Counted from the stretch's first letter, positions 10,604 to 23,514 are shown. The stretch is 64,000 nucleotides of DNA from Escherichia coli (GCF_041886205.1 NZ_CP169029.1); one strand, 5' to 3'. Notes: generated by a model from the letters alone, not told the origin. A program made the numbers and translations.

Positions 10604-11971
10604 TTAATCGCAGGCAACGATCTTCATTGCCAGGCCGCCGCGAGAGGTTTCGCGGTACTTGGCGTTCATATCTTTACCTGTTTCGTACATGGTTTCGATA
10701 ACTTTATCGAGGCAGACGCGCGGCTCGCTGGTACGGCGCAGCGCCATACGTGCGGCGTTCACCGCTTTTACTGCCGCAATGGCGTTACGCTCGATGCATG
10801 GCACCTGGACCTGTCCGGCGACCGGGTCACACGTCAGACCGAGGTTGTGCTCCATGGCGATTTCCGCCGCGATGCACACCTGCGCCGGGCTTGCGCCTAA
10901 TAGTTCTGCCAGACCAGCCGCCGCCATTGAGCACGCCACGCCAACTTCACCCTGGCAACCCACTTCAGCACCAGAAATCGACGCGTTCATCTTATAAAGA
11001 GAACCAATGGCGCTGGCTACCAGCAGGTAACGAGCCAGTGAGTTAGCGTTCACTTCGCGGATAAACTTATCGTAGTACGCCAGCACAGCCGGGATAATCC
11101 CGCACGCACCGTTAGTCGGCGCAGTCACCACGCGACCGCCAGCGGCGTTCTCTTCGTTCACTGCCAGTGCAAACATGTTGATCCAGTCAACAACCGCCAT
11201 CGGGTCAGTGGTGGTTTTATCCTGGCTGACCAGCATCCGGCGTAGTGCCGCAGCACGGCGTGGAACGCGCAGTTTGCCAGGCAACACGCCTTCGGTGGAA
11301 ATACCGCGCTCAATACCGCCACGCATGACTTCCCAGACGTTCGCCAGGTGCTGTTCCAGCTCTTCTTTGCTGTGCAGCGCCAGCTCGTTTTTCATCATCA
11401 GGCCAGAGAGTGACAGCCCGGTTTCCTGACAATGTTTTTGCAGATCGGCTGCTGAACTGTACGGATAAGGAACTTCAACCGGTGCGCTATCCTGCTGGCC
11501 AAAATGCTCTTCATCAACGATAAAGCCACCGCCAATAGAGTAGTAAGTCTGGCTGTAAACGACTTTATCGCCCGCCAGCGCGGTAATGCGCATACCGTTT
11601 TCATGCAGAGAAAGGTTGTCTGCATGGAAGTTCATGCACTGATCAACCGGGAACTCCACTTCATGCTGACCGTTTGCCAGCATCAGGCGACCATGAGTAT
11701 TCACATCCTGAATAAAACCGGGGATGGAATCGATATCCACGGTATCCGGCAGGTTACCCGCCAGGCCCATAATAATGGCGATATCAGTGTGGTGGCCTTT
11801 ACCAGTCAGAGAGAGCGAGCCGTACACGTCAACCACCACGCGGGTCACGTCTTTAAGCAGGTTACGGGCAATCAGATCGTCGGTAAATTGTTTACCCGCT
11901 TTCATTGGTCCAACGGTATGAGAACTGGAAGGGCCAATGCCGATTTTGAAAATATCGAATACGCTAATCAT
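10604..11971 (-). CDS. sdaB: L-serine dehydratase 2
   Basis: 455 aa, MISVFDIFKIGIGPSSSHTVGPM...; Fe-S serine dehydratase. Confidence 0.95.
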   Translation of the reverse strand: MISVFDIFKIGIGPSSSHTVGPMKAGKQFTDDLIARNLLKDVTRVVVDVYGSLSLTGKGHHTDIAIIMGLAGNLPDTVDIDSIPGFIQDVNTHGRLMLANGQHEVEFPVDQCMNFHADNLSLHENGMRITALAGDKVVYSQTYYSIGGGFIVDEEHFGQQDSAPVEVPYPYSSAADLQKHCQETGLSLSGLMMKNELALHSKEELEQHLANVWEVMRGGIERGISTEGVLPGKLRVPRRAAALRRMLVSQDKTTTDPMAVVDWINMFALAVNEENAAGGRVVTAPTNGACGIIPAVLAYYDKFIREVNANSLARYLLVASAIGSLYKMNASISGAEVGCQGEVGVACSMAAAGLAELLGASPAQVCIAAEIAMEHNLGLTCDPVAGQVQVPCIERNAIAAVKAVNAARMALRRTSEPRVCLDKVIETMYETGKDMNAKYRETSRGGLAMKIVACD

Positions 11972-12028
11972 AGGAAATACATCGCGTTAAAACGGAGGAA
12001 GCGCCGCCCGAAAGCGGCGCGAAAGGAC

Positions 12029-13318
12029 TTAGCTGAACAGAGAGTAGAAGATTGCGGAGATTGCAATCAGACCCATCACGACAACGAATACGTTGCTGAT
12101 GTGACCGCTGTACTTACGCATTGCCGGTACTTTCTGAATTGCGTACATCGGCATCAGGAACAGGATCATCGCGATGATTGGGCCGCCCAGGGTTTCAATC
12201 ATACCCAGGATGCTCGGGTTCAGGGTGGCAACAATCCAGGTCGTTACCAGCATGAACAGCGCAGTGATACGGTTCAGCTTGTTGATTTCGATAGACTTAC
12301 CTTTACCACGCAGAGATTTAATCACCATACCGTTGAAGCCTTCACGTGCGCCCAGGTAGTGGCCGAGGAAGGATTTGGTGATAGCGATAATCGCGATAAT
12401 CGGAGCCATCCACGCGATAACCGGTGCGTTAAAGTGGTTAGCCAGGTAAGACAGAATCGAGATGTTCTGCTCTTTAGCCGCAGCCAGGTCCGCCGGAGTC
12501 AGGCTCAGTACGCAGCTGAAGACGAAGAACATTACGGTCAGCACCATCATGATGTGTGCGAATGCCAGGATCTTCGAGCATTTCTGTTCTGCCATATCGC
12601 CGTACTCTTCACGCTTCGCAACGGCGAAAGAAGAGATGATCGGAGAGTGGTTGAACGAGAACACCATTACCGGAATTGCCAGCCACAGGGTCATCCACAG
12701 ACCGTTTCCGGTTGCAGATGCAGTGTCCAGAGACAGCGTTTCCAGTGCTGCGCCGTTCCACTGCGGGATGAGGTACAGAGCCAGCAGCATCAGTACGCCA
12801 ACAAACGGGAATACCAGAATACTCATCGCTTTAACGATCATCTGCTCACCGAAGCGAACGATGGTCATCATACCCACGATCAGGATCAGCGACAGAATCG
12901 CACGCGGCGGTGGCGTCATACCCAGCTGGTGAGACATGAAGCTTTCAACGGTATTGGTGATTGCCACGCTATAAACCAGCAGGATCGGGTAGATAGCGAA
13001 GAAGTAGAGCAGGGTAATCAGTTTACCTGCGCCAATACCAAAGTGTTCTTCTACAACCTCGGTGATGTCTTCGCCCGGGTTTTTACCAGACAGTACGAAG
13101 CGAGTCAGGCCGCGGTGAGCAAAAAACGTCATCGGGAACGCAAGGATAGCCATGATGATCAGCGGGATCATACCGCCAACACCGGCGTTGATTGGCAGGA
13201 ACAGCACGCCCGCGCCGATTGCCGTGCCGTAAAGGCCCAGCATCCACATGGTGTCTGTCTTGCGCCAGGCACTACGAGAGTCTTTCGACGCAATCGTGCT
13301 GGTTTGAGTCGTTTCCAT
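12029..13318 (-). CDS. sdaC: Serine:H+ symporter
   Basis: 429-aa polytopic membrane protein upstream of sdaB. Confidence 0.95.
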   Translation of the reverse strand: METTQTSTIASKDSRSAWRKTDTMWMLGLYGTAIGAGVLFLPINAGVGGMIPLIIMAILAFPMTFFAHRGLTRFVLSGKNPGEDITEVVEEHFGIGAGKLITLLYFFAIYPILLVYSVAITNTVESFMSHQLGMTPPPRAILSLILIVGMMTIVRFGEQMIVKAMSILVFPFVGVLMLLALYLIPQWNGAALETLSLDTASATGNGLWMTLWLAIPVMVFSFNHSPIISSFAVAKREEYGDMAEQKCSKILAFAHIMMVLTVMFFVFSCVLSLTPADLAAAKEQNISILSYLANHFNAPVIAWMAPIIAIIAITKSFLGHYLGAREGFNGMVIKSLRGKGKSIEINKLNRITALFMLVTTWIVATLNPSILGMIETLGGPIIAMILFLMPMYAIQKVPAMRKYSGHISNVFVVVMGLIAISAIFYSLFS

Positions 13319-13834
13319 CTATTTCTCCTGGAGGAATGCAAATAATTCAGCTTTTAGCCAGTTCAGCCCGGGAAGGTGCCTGACCGTAAAAATGAAATCT
13401 GTCTATCGGCGATGGCTTAATCATTTACCGCCGTAATAATTTGAGGGCGGAAAGATACACACAAGTTATGTATCTATCAGTGATCTTGATCCCAAATACA
13501 ATAATCTACTTGGAAGATAGATTATCCCAACGCTTTACTCTGTAAATCAAAAGTAAAAGAGAATTTAAGGGCAATATTTGCCCATTAAACGACATCTGAC
13601 TTCTTCCGGGGCGCGCAATATATGTAGGTTGAACTGAAAAAATCAATACTTTTAGTTAATCATGGCGATAATTTCTTTTTCATAGCGATAAAATACGGTT
13701 TATGAAAATAGGGAAACGTTTGCGTTGCAATATAAATTGTATGACATATTAACTATGATGATATTTGTCGCGTGAGGGTGGTAAGAAACATTTATATAAC
13801 AAATGAAATGAGTTGATGAGTAAGTGACCAAAAA

Positions 13835-13866
13835 CGAGAAAACCCGGCAACAAACGTCACCGGGGG
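13835..13866 (-). terminator. Probable intrinsic terminator downstream of ppnN
   Basis: CCCGG...CCGGG hairpin followed on the minus strand by a T-run. Confidence 0.4.
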
Positions 13867-13874
13867 AGGGGAGA

Positions 13875-15239
13875 TTACGTGCAGATTTCGTAGCAAGGGA
13901 TGTAGGCTGAGCCTGGCAACTTCATACGATGCTGGGCAACAAAACCCTGTAGCAGGTCGTCCATACGACGCATAATCTCTTTATCGCCGTTGATTTTGTA
14001 AGGACCAAACTCTTCAATGGCGCGAATACCGACTTCTTTTACGTTACCCGCCACAATACCGGAGAACGCACGGCGCAGGTCGGCAGCCAGCACTTCAACA
14101 GGTTGATCCGGGTAAAGCTTCAGATTAGCCATATTCTCGTGAGACGGCTCAAACGGCATTTGCAAATCTGGCGCAATGCGCATTGACCAGTTAAAGCTGT
14201 AGGCATCGCCTGTATCACGGCGATTTTCTTTCACCAGCGGCATCGATTTTTTCATCTGACGAGCGACTTCAGCGGCGTCATCAATGATGATGCGGTAATG
14301 GCGGCGCGCGTTTTCGCCCAGCGTATGTACGACAAACTCGTCCAGTACGCGGAAGTAGTCGGCGCTCTCTTTCGGGCCGGTGAGGATCAATGGTAAAACC
14401 TGATCTTTGTTGGCCGGGTTCATTAAAATTCCCAGCAAATACAGCAACTCTTCTGCCGTACCCACACCGCCAGGGAAGATAATGATGCCGTGAGCGATAC
14501 GGACAAACGCTTCCAGACGTTTTTCGATATCCGGCATGATGATCAATTCGTTGACCAGCGGGTTAGGCGGTTCAGCGGCGATAATCGACGGCTCTGTCAT
14601 ACCAATAAAACGACTGTCTTTGTAACGCTGCTGCGCGTGTCCGACCGCAGCACCTTTCATCGGCGCTTCCATCGCTCCCGGACCACAGCCGGTGCAGATA
14701 TTCAGCTCACGCAGGCCCAGCTGGTTTCCGACGCGACGGGCATACAAATACTCATTTTCGTTAATTGAGTGACCGCCCCAGCAGACCACCATATTTGGCG
14801 CTTCACCCACATGCAGCGCGCGAGCGTTACGCAAGATGGAAAAGACCAGGTTAGTGATGTGGACGGAGTTGTCGAGATTCAGGTTGGGAAAACGAACGGT
14901 ATTATGGATTTGCCCGTAAACGAAGAGAATGTCTCGCAGAACCGCGAACAAGTTGGCCTGCAAAGCGCGAATAATTCGCCCATCGACAAAAGCCTCTTCC
15001 GGGGGATTAATCAGTTCCAGCTTTACGCCGCGTTCACGGCGCAGGACGTTAATATCGAAATTTTCAAAACGAGACAGCAATTCTTTGCTGTTATCGGTCA
15101 AACTACCGGAGTTCAGTACGGCAAGTGAACAGTTGCGAAACAGTTGATAGAGGTCGCTGCTGGCGGTGCGTTTAAGCATATCCACTTCCAGCTGCGACAA
15201 CATATCCATGGAGCCAAGCGGGCTAATATGTGTAATCAA
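13875..15239 (-). CDS. ppnN: Nucleotide 5'-monophosphate nucleosidase (LOG family, YgdH)
   Basis: 454 aa, matches YgdH/PpnN as I recall it. Confidence 0.9.
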
Positions 15240-15350
15240 GAAAAACTCCTTATGGGACGAATATCGTCATTCCCTTTGATTACAATAGCCCTGCCTGATG
15301 ACCTTTCACAACCTTCTGCGTGAATCCAGCACGCAAAATTGAGAAAAAAT

Positions 15351-16199
15351 TTATTGCCGAACCAGTCTTGTGGTCGATGGGACAAAATCGCTATTACTGC
15401 GCCACGGGTTAATGTCCAGACCGCCACGACGGGTATAACGTGCGTAAACGCTTAATTTCTCTGGCTGGCAGAAGCGTAACAGGTCATTAAAGATGCGTTC
15501 CACGCACTGTTCGTGGAACTCGTTGTGATGACGGAATGAGACCAGGTAACGCAGCAGTTTTTCTCTGTCAATTTGGCGTCCACGATACTGAATTTGGATC
15601 GAACCCCAATCTGGTTGATGGGTGATCAGGCAGTTTGATTTCAGCAGGTGGCTGACAAGCGTCTCTTCCACTACTTTTTCACCGCTGGTGGCATTCTCCA
15701 GATAGTCAGTAGTGAATTCATAGTTATCGATAGTGATATCCTGGTCATCAATGCAGGTGCCATTGAAATGACCTATCGGCTGGCCTTCCAGTTCATCAAG
15801 ACGATATAACGCCACGCTAACCTTACCCTGGGCGCAAGTGCTTAAGTCGCGCTCCAGCGTCTGGCGCACCTCATCCCAGTTATTAAAACGCGTCTGGTTA
15901 AAACTGTTGAGATAGAGCTTAAAACTCTTCGACTCAATCAGATTTGCGCTGGTGTAATCAAGTTCAACGTGACCGACGGCAACCTGCGGCAAACCTTTCG
16001 CATTCAGCCAGGAAAGTTCATACAGCGTCCAGATATCCGTACCGTGAAAAGGCAGGTTACCCGCTTTCAGACCCAGCGGGTCGCGATTCAGGCTGCGTGG
16101 AACGCCTTGCAGTAGGCTGGCGTCATAGGTATCCCGGTAATCGGTTGATTTTCCAAGAGTCAGGCCCGCAAGTGCCTGATGGTTTGCATAAGAAGACAT
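15351..16199 (-). CDS. queF: NADPH-dependent 7-cyano-7-deazaguanine reductase
   Basis: 282 aa, [23 protein letters not shown]... Confidence 0.93.
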   Translation of the reverse strand: MSSYANHQALAGLTLGKSTDYRDTYDASLLQGVPRSLNRDPLGLKAGNLPFHGTDIWTLYELSWLNAKGLPQVAVGHVELDYTSANLIESKSFKLYLNSFNQTRFNNWDEVRQTLERDLSTCAQGKVSVALYRLDELEGQPIGHFNGTCIDDQDITIDNYEFTTDYLENATSGEKVVEETLVSHLLKSNCLITHQPDWGSIQIQYRGRQIDREKLLRYLVSFRHHNEFHEQCVERIFNDLLRFCQPEKLSVYARYTRRGGLDINPWRSNSDFVPSTTRLVRQ

Positions 16200-16266
16200 G
16201 TTTCACCGTCATAAACCAGATAAACTAAACGACAAGTGTATCTGGTTTAAGTGAAGAGAAAAATTA

Positions 16267-16812
16267 GTGGACGATTTGACCGCACAAGCCCTGAAAGATT
16301 TTACTGCACGCTACTGCGATGCGTGGCATGAAGAGCATAAAAGCTGGCCGTTAAGTGAGGAACTGTACGGTGTTCCTTCACCGTGCATTATTTCAACTAC
16401 CGAAGATGCCGTATACTGGCAACCCCAGCCGTTTACCGGGGAACAAAATGTAAACGCGGTTGAACGCGCTTTTGATATTGTGATACAACCCACAATTCAT
16501 ACCTTTTATACGACTCAGTTTGCCGGGGATATGCACGCGCAGTTTGGCGATATCAAACTGACATTGCTGCAAACCTGGAGTGAAGACGACTTCCGTCGGG
16601 TGCAGGAAAATCTGATTGGTCATCTGGTGACTCAGAAAAGGCTAAAACTGCCGCCCACGCTATTTATCGCGACGCTGGAAGAAGAGTTAGAGGTCATCTC
16701 GGTGTGTAATCTCTCCGGTGAAGTGTGCAAAGAGACGCTGGGAACACGTAAACGGACGCATTTAGCCTCAAATCTTGCGGAATTCCTTAATCAACTTAAG
16801 CCTCTTCTGTAA
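16267..16812 (+). CDS. syd: SecY-interacting protein Syd
   Basis: 181-aa ORF in conserved position upstream of csrB. Confidence 0.9.
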
Positions 16813-16831
16813 TCCAAATACCCCATCTGGT

Positions 16832-16849
16832 TGTGAGAGATCTCTTACA
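16832..16849. promoter_or_regulatory. UvrY (BarA/UvrY) binding palindrome upstream of csrB
   Basis: 18-bp inverted repeat TGTGAGAGATCTCTTACA about 175 bp upstream of the CsrB 5' end. Confidence 0.7.
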
Positions 16850-17022
16850 GACTCTGTAGGAGATCGCCAGGAAATAAGCGAATACTTAAAAAGATAAGAA
16901 TCGTTATTTTCATTTAAAATCAAAATGTTGATTGTTAATTCTTAACTTTCATATGAAATTTTCCTTAAGGCATTGTCTGTAAGCGCCTTGTAAGACTTCG
17001 CGAAAAAGACGATTCTATCTTC

Positions 17023-17388
17023 GTCGACAGGGAGTCAGACAACGAAGTGAACATCAGGATGATGACACTTCTGCAGGACACACCAGGATGGTGTTTCAGG
17101 GAAAGGCTTCTGGATGAAGCGAAGAGGATGACGCAGGACGCGTTAAAGGACACCTCCAGGATGGAGAATGAGAACCGGTCAGGATGATTCGGTGGGTCAG
17201 GAAGGCCAGGGACACTTCAGGATGAAGTATCACATCGGGGTGGTGTGAGCAGGAAGCAATAGTTCAGGATGAACGATTGGCCGCAAGGCCAGAGGAAAAG
17301 TTGTCAAGGATGAGCAGGGAGCAACAAAAGTAGCTGGAATGCTGCGAAACGAACCGGGAGCACTGTGAATACAGTGCTCCCTTTTTTT
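17023..17388 (+). ncRNA. csrB: CsrB small RNA (CsrA-sequestering)
   Basis: About 365 nt with many repeated CAGGAUG / AGGA motifs (CsrA binding sites), ending in a GC hairpin (17355-17380) plus T7 run. Confidence 0.93.
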
Positions 17389-17433
17389 ATTCCTGCTATC
17401 CTTCGCGGCAGTTTTTCTTATTGAGGTTGCTTT

Positions 17434-17763
17434 ATGACCACTCATGACCGCGTTCGTCTCCAGTTGCAGACGCTTGAAGCGTTACTGCGTGAACATCAGC
17501 ACTGGCGAAACGATGAACCCCAGCCGCATCAATTTAATAGTACCCAACCGTTCTTTATGGACACCATGGAACCACTGGAGTGGTTGCAGTGGGTGCTGAT
17601 CCCGCGAATGCACAATTTGTTAAATAACAACCAGCCGTTACCGGGTGCTTTTGCCGTTGCACCCTATTATGAAATGGCGCTGGCGACGGACCATCCGCAA
17701 CGCGCGCTTATTCTGGCTGAGCTGGAAAAACTGGATGCTCTTTTTGCGGATGATGCGAGCTAA
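17434..17763 (+). CDS. yqcC: DUF446-family protein YqcC
   Basis: 109-aa ORF, conserved position before truC. Confidence 0.88.
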   Translation: MTTHDRVRLQLQTLEALLREHQHWRNDEPQPHQFNSTQPFFMDTMEPLEWLQWVLIPRMHNLLNNNQPLPGAFAVAPYYEMALATDHPQRALILAELEKLDALFADDAS

Positions 17764-18545
17764 TGCTGGAAATACTCTATCAGGATGAATGGCTGGTTGC
17801 GGTAAATAAACCCTCCGGCTGGCTGGTTCACCGTAGCTGGCTGGATCGCGACGAGAAAGTAGTGGTCATGCAAACCGTGCGTGACCAGATAGGCCAGCAT
17901 GTTTTTACTGCTCATCGTCTGGACCGACCAACTTCTGGTGTGTTGTTGATGGGATTATCCAGCGAGGCCGGACGGCTGCTGGCACAACAGTTTGAACAGC
18001 ACCAAATCCAGAAACGTTACCATGCGATTGTGCGCGGCTGGTTGATGGAAGAAGCGGTGCTGGATTATCCACTGGTGGAAGAACTGGACAAAATCGCTGA
18101 TAAATTTGCCCGCGAAGATAAAGGCCCGCAGCCAGCAGTGACGCATTATCGCGGTCTGGCGACCGTAGAAATGCCGGTAGCGACCGGACGTTACCCGACC
18201 ACGCGCTACGGCCTGGTGGAACTGGAGCCGAAAACCGGACGCAAACATCAGCTTCGCCGACATCTTGCCCATCTGCGTCATCCGATTATTGGCGATAGCA
18301 AACATGGCGATTTACGCCAGAATCGCAGCGGTGCTGAGCATTTTGGCCTTCAGCGGTTAATGCTACATGCCAGTCAGTTGTCATTGACGCATCCTTTTAC
18401 TGGCGAGCCGCTGACTATTCATGCGGGTCTGGACGATATCTGGATGCAGGCGTTATCACAATTTGGCTGGCGCGGTCTGCTTCCTGAAAATGAAAGGGTT
18501 GAGTTCAGTACGCCATCGGGTCAGGATGGAGAGATAAGTTCCTAA
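17763..18545 (+). CDS. truC: tRNA pseudouridine(65) synthase
   Basis: 260 aa, RluA-family motif [12 protein letters not shown]. Confidence 0.92.
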
Positions 18546-18562
18546 TCCAGGGAGAAAACGGT

Positions 18563-19012
18563 ATGGCGGAAATTGGTATTTTTGTCGGCACCATGTACGG
18601 AAATTCGCTGTTAGTGGCGGAAGAAGCAGAAGCAATTCTGACCGCACAGGGCCACAAAGCAACGGTATTTGAAGATCCTGAATTAAGCGACTGGCTGCCC
18701 TATCAGGATAAGTATGTTCTGGTGGTTACGTCCACGACCGGGCAGGGCGACCTTCCTGATAGCATTGTGCCGCTCTTTCAGGGAATCAAAGATAGTCTGG
18801 GCTTCCAGCCGAATCTGCGTTATGGCGTGATTGCGCTCGGCGACAGCAGTTATGTAAATTTCTGCAATGGCGGCAAACAGTTCGATGCCTTGTTGCAGGA
18901 ACAGAGCGCTCAGCGGGTTGGCGAAATGCTGTTGATTGACGCCAGTGAGAACCCGGAACCGGAAACGGAATCAAATCCGTGGGTCGAACAGTGGGGCACG
19001 CTGTTGTCCTGA
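18563..19012 (+). CDS. yqcA: Flavodoxin-like protein
   Basis: 149 aa, [15 protein letters not shown]... flavodoxin fold. Confidence 0.9.
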
Positions 19013-19064
19013 TATGTTCAGCGAGCGGTAAATGCCGTTTTAGCGGTGCTGAATCGAATCTTTT

Positions 19065-19121
19065 CAGGCAAATGCCAGTAAAAACTGCTTCATAGCGCGG
19101 ATTTTTACTGGCGTTTGCCTG
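19065..19121. repeat. 20-bp inverted repeat (19/20 match) with 17-nt spacer between yqcA and gudP
   Basis: CAGGCAAATGCCAGTAAAAA ...17 nt... TTTTTACTGGCGTTTGCCTG. Confidence 0.6.
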
Positions 19122-19446
19122 GAGTCAAGCGATCCATTTCATACTCTTCTTTATTTCTTCGTTTTTACCCTTCCTTTCTTGTTCTTGTTTTCATTTCCGT
19201 GAAGTGGATTCCACCGTCCAGGGCTAATGCCAAAATCGGGCCTCATTGAACGCATTAATGTTGTGTTGTTGCACGGTGAGCCGCTATGGCGCGCTTTTTA
19301 TACTGCTATTGCCAGATATAAACACGCGCCGTATTCGGCGAACGACCTATAAAAACGGCAAAAAACACCCTACGTCACCTCTGATTTCCTGGCGATGTCG
19401 CAGTCCAGAGTGAGCGTGGCTAACGCGAATTTTCAGGAGTGCAACA

Positions 19447-20799
19447 ATGAGTTCTTTAAGTCAGGCTGCGAGCAGTGTGGAAAAACGCACGAATGCTCGT
19501 TACTGGATAGTGGTGATGTTGTTTATCGTCACATCCTTCAACTACGGCGACCGCGCTACGCTTTCTATTGCCGGTTCGGAAATGGCCAAAGATATCGGCC
19601 TTGATCCCGTGGGAATGGGCTATGTGTTCTCTGCCTTCTCATGGGCTTATGTTATCGGGCAGATCCCTGGTGGTTGGTTGCTGGATCGTTTTGGTTCAAA
19701 ACGCGTCTATTTCTGGTCGATCTTTATCTGGTCGATGTTTACCTTGCTGCAAGGCTTCGTCGATATCTTTAGTGGATTCGGCATTATCGTTGCCCTGTTT
19801 ACGCTGCGCTTCCTGGTCGGGCTTGCTGAAGCGCCATCTTTCCCCGGCAACAGTCGCATTGTTGCGGCCTGGTTTCCGGCGCAGGAAAGGGGAACGGCGG
19901 TGTCGATTTTTAACTCCGCTCAATACTTCGCAACGGTGATCTTCGCGCCGATTATGGGCTGGCTGACGCATGAAGTGGGCTGGTCACACGTCTTCTTCTT
20001 TATGGGCGGTCTGGGCATTGTCATCAGCTTTATCTGGTTGAAAGTCATCCACGAGCCAAATCAACATCCGGGGGTAAATCAGAAAGAGCTGGAGTATATC
20101 GCCGCGGGTGGCGCGCTGATCAATATGGATCAGCAAAACACCAAAGTTAAAGTGCCATTCAGCGTGAAGTGGGGACAGATCAAACAACTGCTCGGGTCAC
20201 GGATGATGATCGGCGTTTATATTGGTCAGTACTGTATCAACGCCCTGACTTACTTTTTCATTACCTGGTTCCCGGTTTATCTGGTGCAGGCGCGTGGGAT
20301 GTCGATTCTGAAAGCGGGCTTTGTGGCTTCCGTTCCGGCGGTTTGCGGTTTTATCGGCGGTGTCCTGGGTGGGATTATTTCCGACTGGCTGATGCGCCGC
20401 ACGGGATCGCTGAACATTGCGCGTAAAACACCGATCGTAATGGGCATGTTGCTGTCGATGGTGATGGTGTTCTGCAACTACGTCAACGTTGAGTGGATGA
20501 TCATCGGCTTTATGGCGCTGGCCTTCTTCGGTAAGGGCATCGGGGCGCTGGGTTGGGCAGTAATGGCAGATACCGCGCCAAAAGAGATCAGCGGTCTTTC
20601 CGGTGGCCTGTTCAACATGTTCGGTAACATTTCTGGCATCGTCACGCCAATCGCAATTGGTTATATCGTTGGCACGACTGGCTCCTTTAATGGGGCGCTG
20701 ATTTATGTTGGTGTTCATGCCTTAATCGCGGTACTGAGCTACCTGGTGCTGGTGGGCGATATCAAGCGTATCGAGCTGAAACCTGTCGCGGGGCAATAA
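19447..20799 (+). CDS. gudP: Glucarate/galactarate MFS transporter
   Basis: 450-aa MFS permease upstream of gudX/gudD. Confidence 0.92.
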   Translation: MSSLSQAASSVEKRTNARYWIVVMLFIVTSFNYGDRATLSIAGSEMAKDIGLDPVGMGYVFSAFSWAYVIGQIPGGWLLDRFGSKRVYFWSIFIWSMFTLLQGFVDIFSGFGIIVALFTLRFLVGLAEAPSFPGNSRIVAAWFPAQERGTAVSIFNSAQYFATVIFAPIMGWLTHEVGWSHVFFFMGGLGIVISFIWLKVIHEPNQHPGVNQKELEYIAAGGALINMDQQNTKVKVPFSVKWGQIKQLLGSRMMIGVYIGQYCINALTYFFITWFPVYLVQARGMSILKAGFVASVPAVCGFIGGVLGGIISDWLMRRTGSLNIARKTPIVMGMLLSMVMVFCNYVNVEWMIIGFMALAFFGKGIGALGWAVMADTAPKEISGLSGGLFNMFGNISGIVTPIAIGYIVGTTGSFNGALIYVGVHALIAVLSYLVLVGDIKRIELKPVAGQ

Positions 20800-20800
20800 G

Positions 20801-22141
20801 ATGACGACACAATCCAGTCCTGTTATTACTGATATGAAAGTCATTCCGGTCGCCGGACATGACAGCATGTTGCTCAATATTGGTGGTGCGCATAACGCAT
20901 ACTTCACCCGCAATATCGTGGTACTCACCGATAACGCCGGGCATACCGGCATTGGTGAAGCGCCAGGCGGAGAGGTGATTTATCAAACACTGGTCGATGC
21001 TATTCCGATGGTTCTGGGCCAGGAAGTTGCGCGACTGAATAAAGTGGTCCAGCAGGTGCATAAAGGTAATCAGGCGGCCGATTTTGATACCTTCGGTAAA
21101 GGGGCCTGGACTTTTGAATTGCGCGTTAATGCCGTGGCGGCGCTGGAAGCCGCCTTGCTTGACCTGCTAGGTAAGGCGTTGAATGTTCCGGTCTGCGAAC
21201 TGTTAGGGCCAGGCAAGCAACGCGATGCTATTACCGTCCTCGGTTATCTGTTTTATATCGGTGATCGGACCAAAACCGATCTTCCTTATCTGGACAATAC
21301 GCCGGGCAACCATGAGTGGTATCAGTTGCGGCATCAGAAAGCGATGAACAGCGAAGCCGTTGTGCGTCTGGCGGAAGCCTCACAGGATCGCTATGGCTTT
21401 AAAGATTTCAAACTTAAGGGCGGGGTGTTACCTGGCGAGCAAGAAATCGACACTGTTCGTGCATTGAAGAAAAGCTTCCCGGATGCGCGGATTACCGGTG
21501 ATCCCAATGGTGCCTGGCTGCTTGATGAAGCCATTTCTCTGTGCAAAGGGCTGAATGATGTTCTTACCTATGCCGAAGATCCATGCGGCGCAGAACAGGG
21601 CTTCTCCGGACGTGAAGTGATGGCGGAGTTTCGGCGGGCGACCGGCTTGCCCGTCGCGACTAACATGATCGCCACCAACTGGCGCGAAATGGGTCATGCG
21701 GTGATGCTCAATGCGGTAGATATTCCACTTGCCGATCCGCACTTCTGGACGCTTTCCGGTGCAGTCCGCGTGGCGCAGCTTTGCGACGACTGGGGGCTGA
21801 CCTGGGGCTGCCATTCTAATAACCATTTCGATATCTCTCTGGCGATGTTTACCCATGTGGGCGCGGCGGCACCGGGTAATCCTACCGCTATCGATACCCA
21901 CTGGATTTGGCAGGAGGGCGATTGTCGCCTGACCAAAAATCCGCTGGAGATTAAAAACGGAAAAATTGCCGTTCCTGATGCGCCCGGTCTGGGCGTGGAA
22001 CTGGACTGGGAACAGGTACAAAAGGCACATGAGGCCTATAAACGTCTGCCTGGCGGTGCGCGTAACGACGCAGGTCCGATGCAGTACCTGATCCCCGGCT
22101 GGACCTTTGACCGTAAACGTCCCGTTTTCGGCCGTCATTGA
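20801..22141 (+). CDS. gudX: Glucarate dehydratase-related protein (enolase superfamily)
   Basis: 446 aa, paralogous to the following gene. Confidence 0.92.
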   Translation: MTTQSSPVITDMKVIPVAGHDSMLLNIGGAHNAYFTRNIVVLTDNAGHTGIGEAPGGEVIYQTLVDAIPMVLGQEVARLNKVVQQVHKGNQAADFDTFGKGAWTFELRVNAVAALEAALLDLLGKALNVPVCELLGPGKQRDAITVLGYLFYIGDRTKTDLPYLDNTPGNHEWYQLRHQKAMNSEAVVRLAEASQDRYGFKDFKLKGGVLPGEQEIDTVRALKKSFPDARITGDPNGAWLLDEAISLCKGLNDVLTYAEDPCGAEQGFSGREVMAEFRRATGLPVATNMIATNWREMGHAVMLNAVDIPLADPHFWTLSGAVRVAQLCDDWGLTWGCHSNNHFDISLAMFTHVGAAAPGNPTAIDTHWIWQEGDCRLTKNPLEIKNGKIAVPDAPGLGVELDWEQVQKAHEAYKRLPGGARNDAGPMQYLIPGWTFDRKRPVFGRH

Positions 22142-22161
22142 TTCTGAAAAAGGACATAAAT

Positions 22162-23502
22162 ATGAGTTCTCAATTTACGACGCCTGTTGTTACTGAAATG
22201 CAGGTCATCCCGGTGGCGGGTCATGACAGTATGCTGATGAATCTGAGTGGTGCACACGCACCGTTCTTTACGCGTAATATTGTGATTATCAAAGATAATT
22301 CTGGTCACACTGGCGTAGGGGAAATTCCCGGCGGCGAGAAAATCCGTAAAACGCTGGAAGATGCGATTCCGCTGGTGGTAGGTAAAACGCTGGGTGAATA
22401 CAAAAACGTTCTGACGCTGGTGCGTAATACTTTTGCCGATCGTGATGCTGGTGGGCGCGGTTTGCAGACATTTGATTTGCGTACCACTATTCATGTAGTT
22501 ACCGGGATAGAAGCGGCAATGCTGGATCTGCTGGGGCAGCATCTGGGGGTAAACGTGGCATCCCTGCTGGGCGATGGTCAACAGCGTAGCGAAGTCGAAA
22601 TGCTCGGTTATCTGTTCTTCGTCGGTAATCGCAAAGCCACACCGCTGCCGTATCAAAGCCAGCCGGATGACTCATGCGACTGGTATCGCCTGCGTCATGA
22701 AGAAGCGATGACGCCGGATGCGGTGGTGCGCCTGGCGGAAGCGGCGTATGAAAAATATGGCTTCAACGATTTCAAACTGAAAGGCGGTGTACTGGCCGGG
22801 GAAGAAGAAGCCGAGTCTATTGTGGCACTGGCGAAACGTTTCCCGCAGGCGCGTATTACGCTCGATCCTAACGGTGCCTGGTCGCTGAACGAAGCGATTA
22901 AAATTGGTAAATACCTGAAAGGGTCGCTGGCTTATGCAGAAGATCCGTGTGGTGCGGAGCAAGGTTTCTCCGGGCGTGAAGTGATGGCAGAGTTCCGTCG
23001 CGCGACTGGCCTGCCGACTGCAACCAATATGATCGCCACCGACTGGCGGCAGATGGGCCATACACTCTCGTTACAATCCGTTGATATCCCGCTGGCGGAT
23101 CCGCATTTCTGGACGATGCAAGGTTCGGTACGTGTGGCGCAAATGTGCCATGAATTTGGCCTGACCTGGGGTTCACACTCAAACAACCACTTCGATATTT
23201 CCCTGGCGATGTTTACCCATGTTGCCGCCGCTGCACCGGGTAAAATTACTGCTATTGATACGCACTGGATCTGGCAGGAAGGTAATCAGCGCCTGACCAA
23301 AGAACCGTTTGAGATCAAAGGCGGGCTGGTACAGGTGCCAGAAAAACCGGGGCTGGGTGTAGAAATCGATATGGATCAAGTGATGAAAGCCCATGAGCTG
23401 TATCAGAAACACGGGCTTGGCGCGCGTGACGATGCGATGGGAATGCAGTATCTGATTCCTGGCTGGACGTTCGATAACAAGCGCCCGTGCATGGTGCGTT
23501 AA
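22162..23502 (+). CDS. gudD: Glucarate dehydratase
   Basis: 446 aa from [24 protein letters not shown]; ORF track start 22138 is 8 codons upstream. Confidence 0.92.
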   Translation: MSSQFTTPVVTEMQVIPVAGHDSMLMNLSGAHAPFFTRNIVIIKDNSGHTGVGEIPGGEKIRKTLEDAIPLVVGKTLGEYKNVLTLVRNTFADRDAGGRGLQTFDLRTTIHVVTGIEAAMLDLLGQHLGVNVASLLGDGQQRSEVEMLGYLFFVGNRKATPLPYQSQPDDSCDWYRLRHEEAMTPDAVVRLAEAAYEKYGFNDFKLKGGVLAGEEEAESIVALAKRFPQARITLDPNGAWSLNEAIKIGKYLKGSLAYAEDPCGAEQGFSGREVMAEFRRATGLPTATNMIATDWRQMGHTLSLQSVDIPLADPHFWTMQGSVRVAQMCHEFGLTWGSHSNNHFDISLAMFTHVAAAAPGKITAIDTHWIWQEGNQRLTKEPFEIKGGLVQVPEKPGLGVEIDMDQVMKAHELYQKHGLGARDDAMGMQYLIPGWTFDNKRPCMVR

Positions 23503-23514
23503 GACAGAAAACCA

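Noticed and set aside
11504-13345. 613-aa ORF on the + strand
   Set aside because: Lies antisense across sdaB and sdaC, which are confidently identified on the minus strand; translation is low-complexity (His/Arg/Gln/Asp-rich) with no recognisable domain. Spurious shadow ORF.
20197-22656. Several 170-240-aa minus-strand ORFs inside gudP, gudX and gudD
   Set aside because: All are antisense to well-supported + strand genes, lack an RBS context and have Arg/His-rich odd composition.
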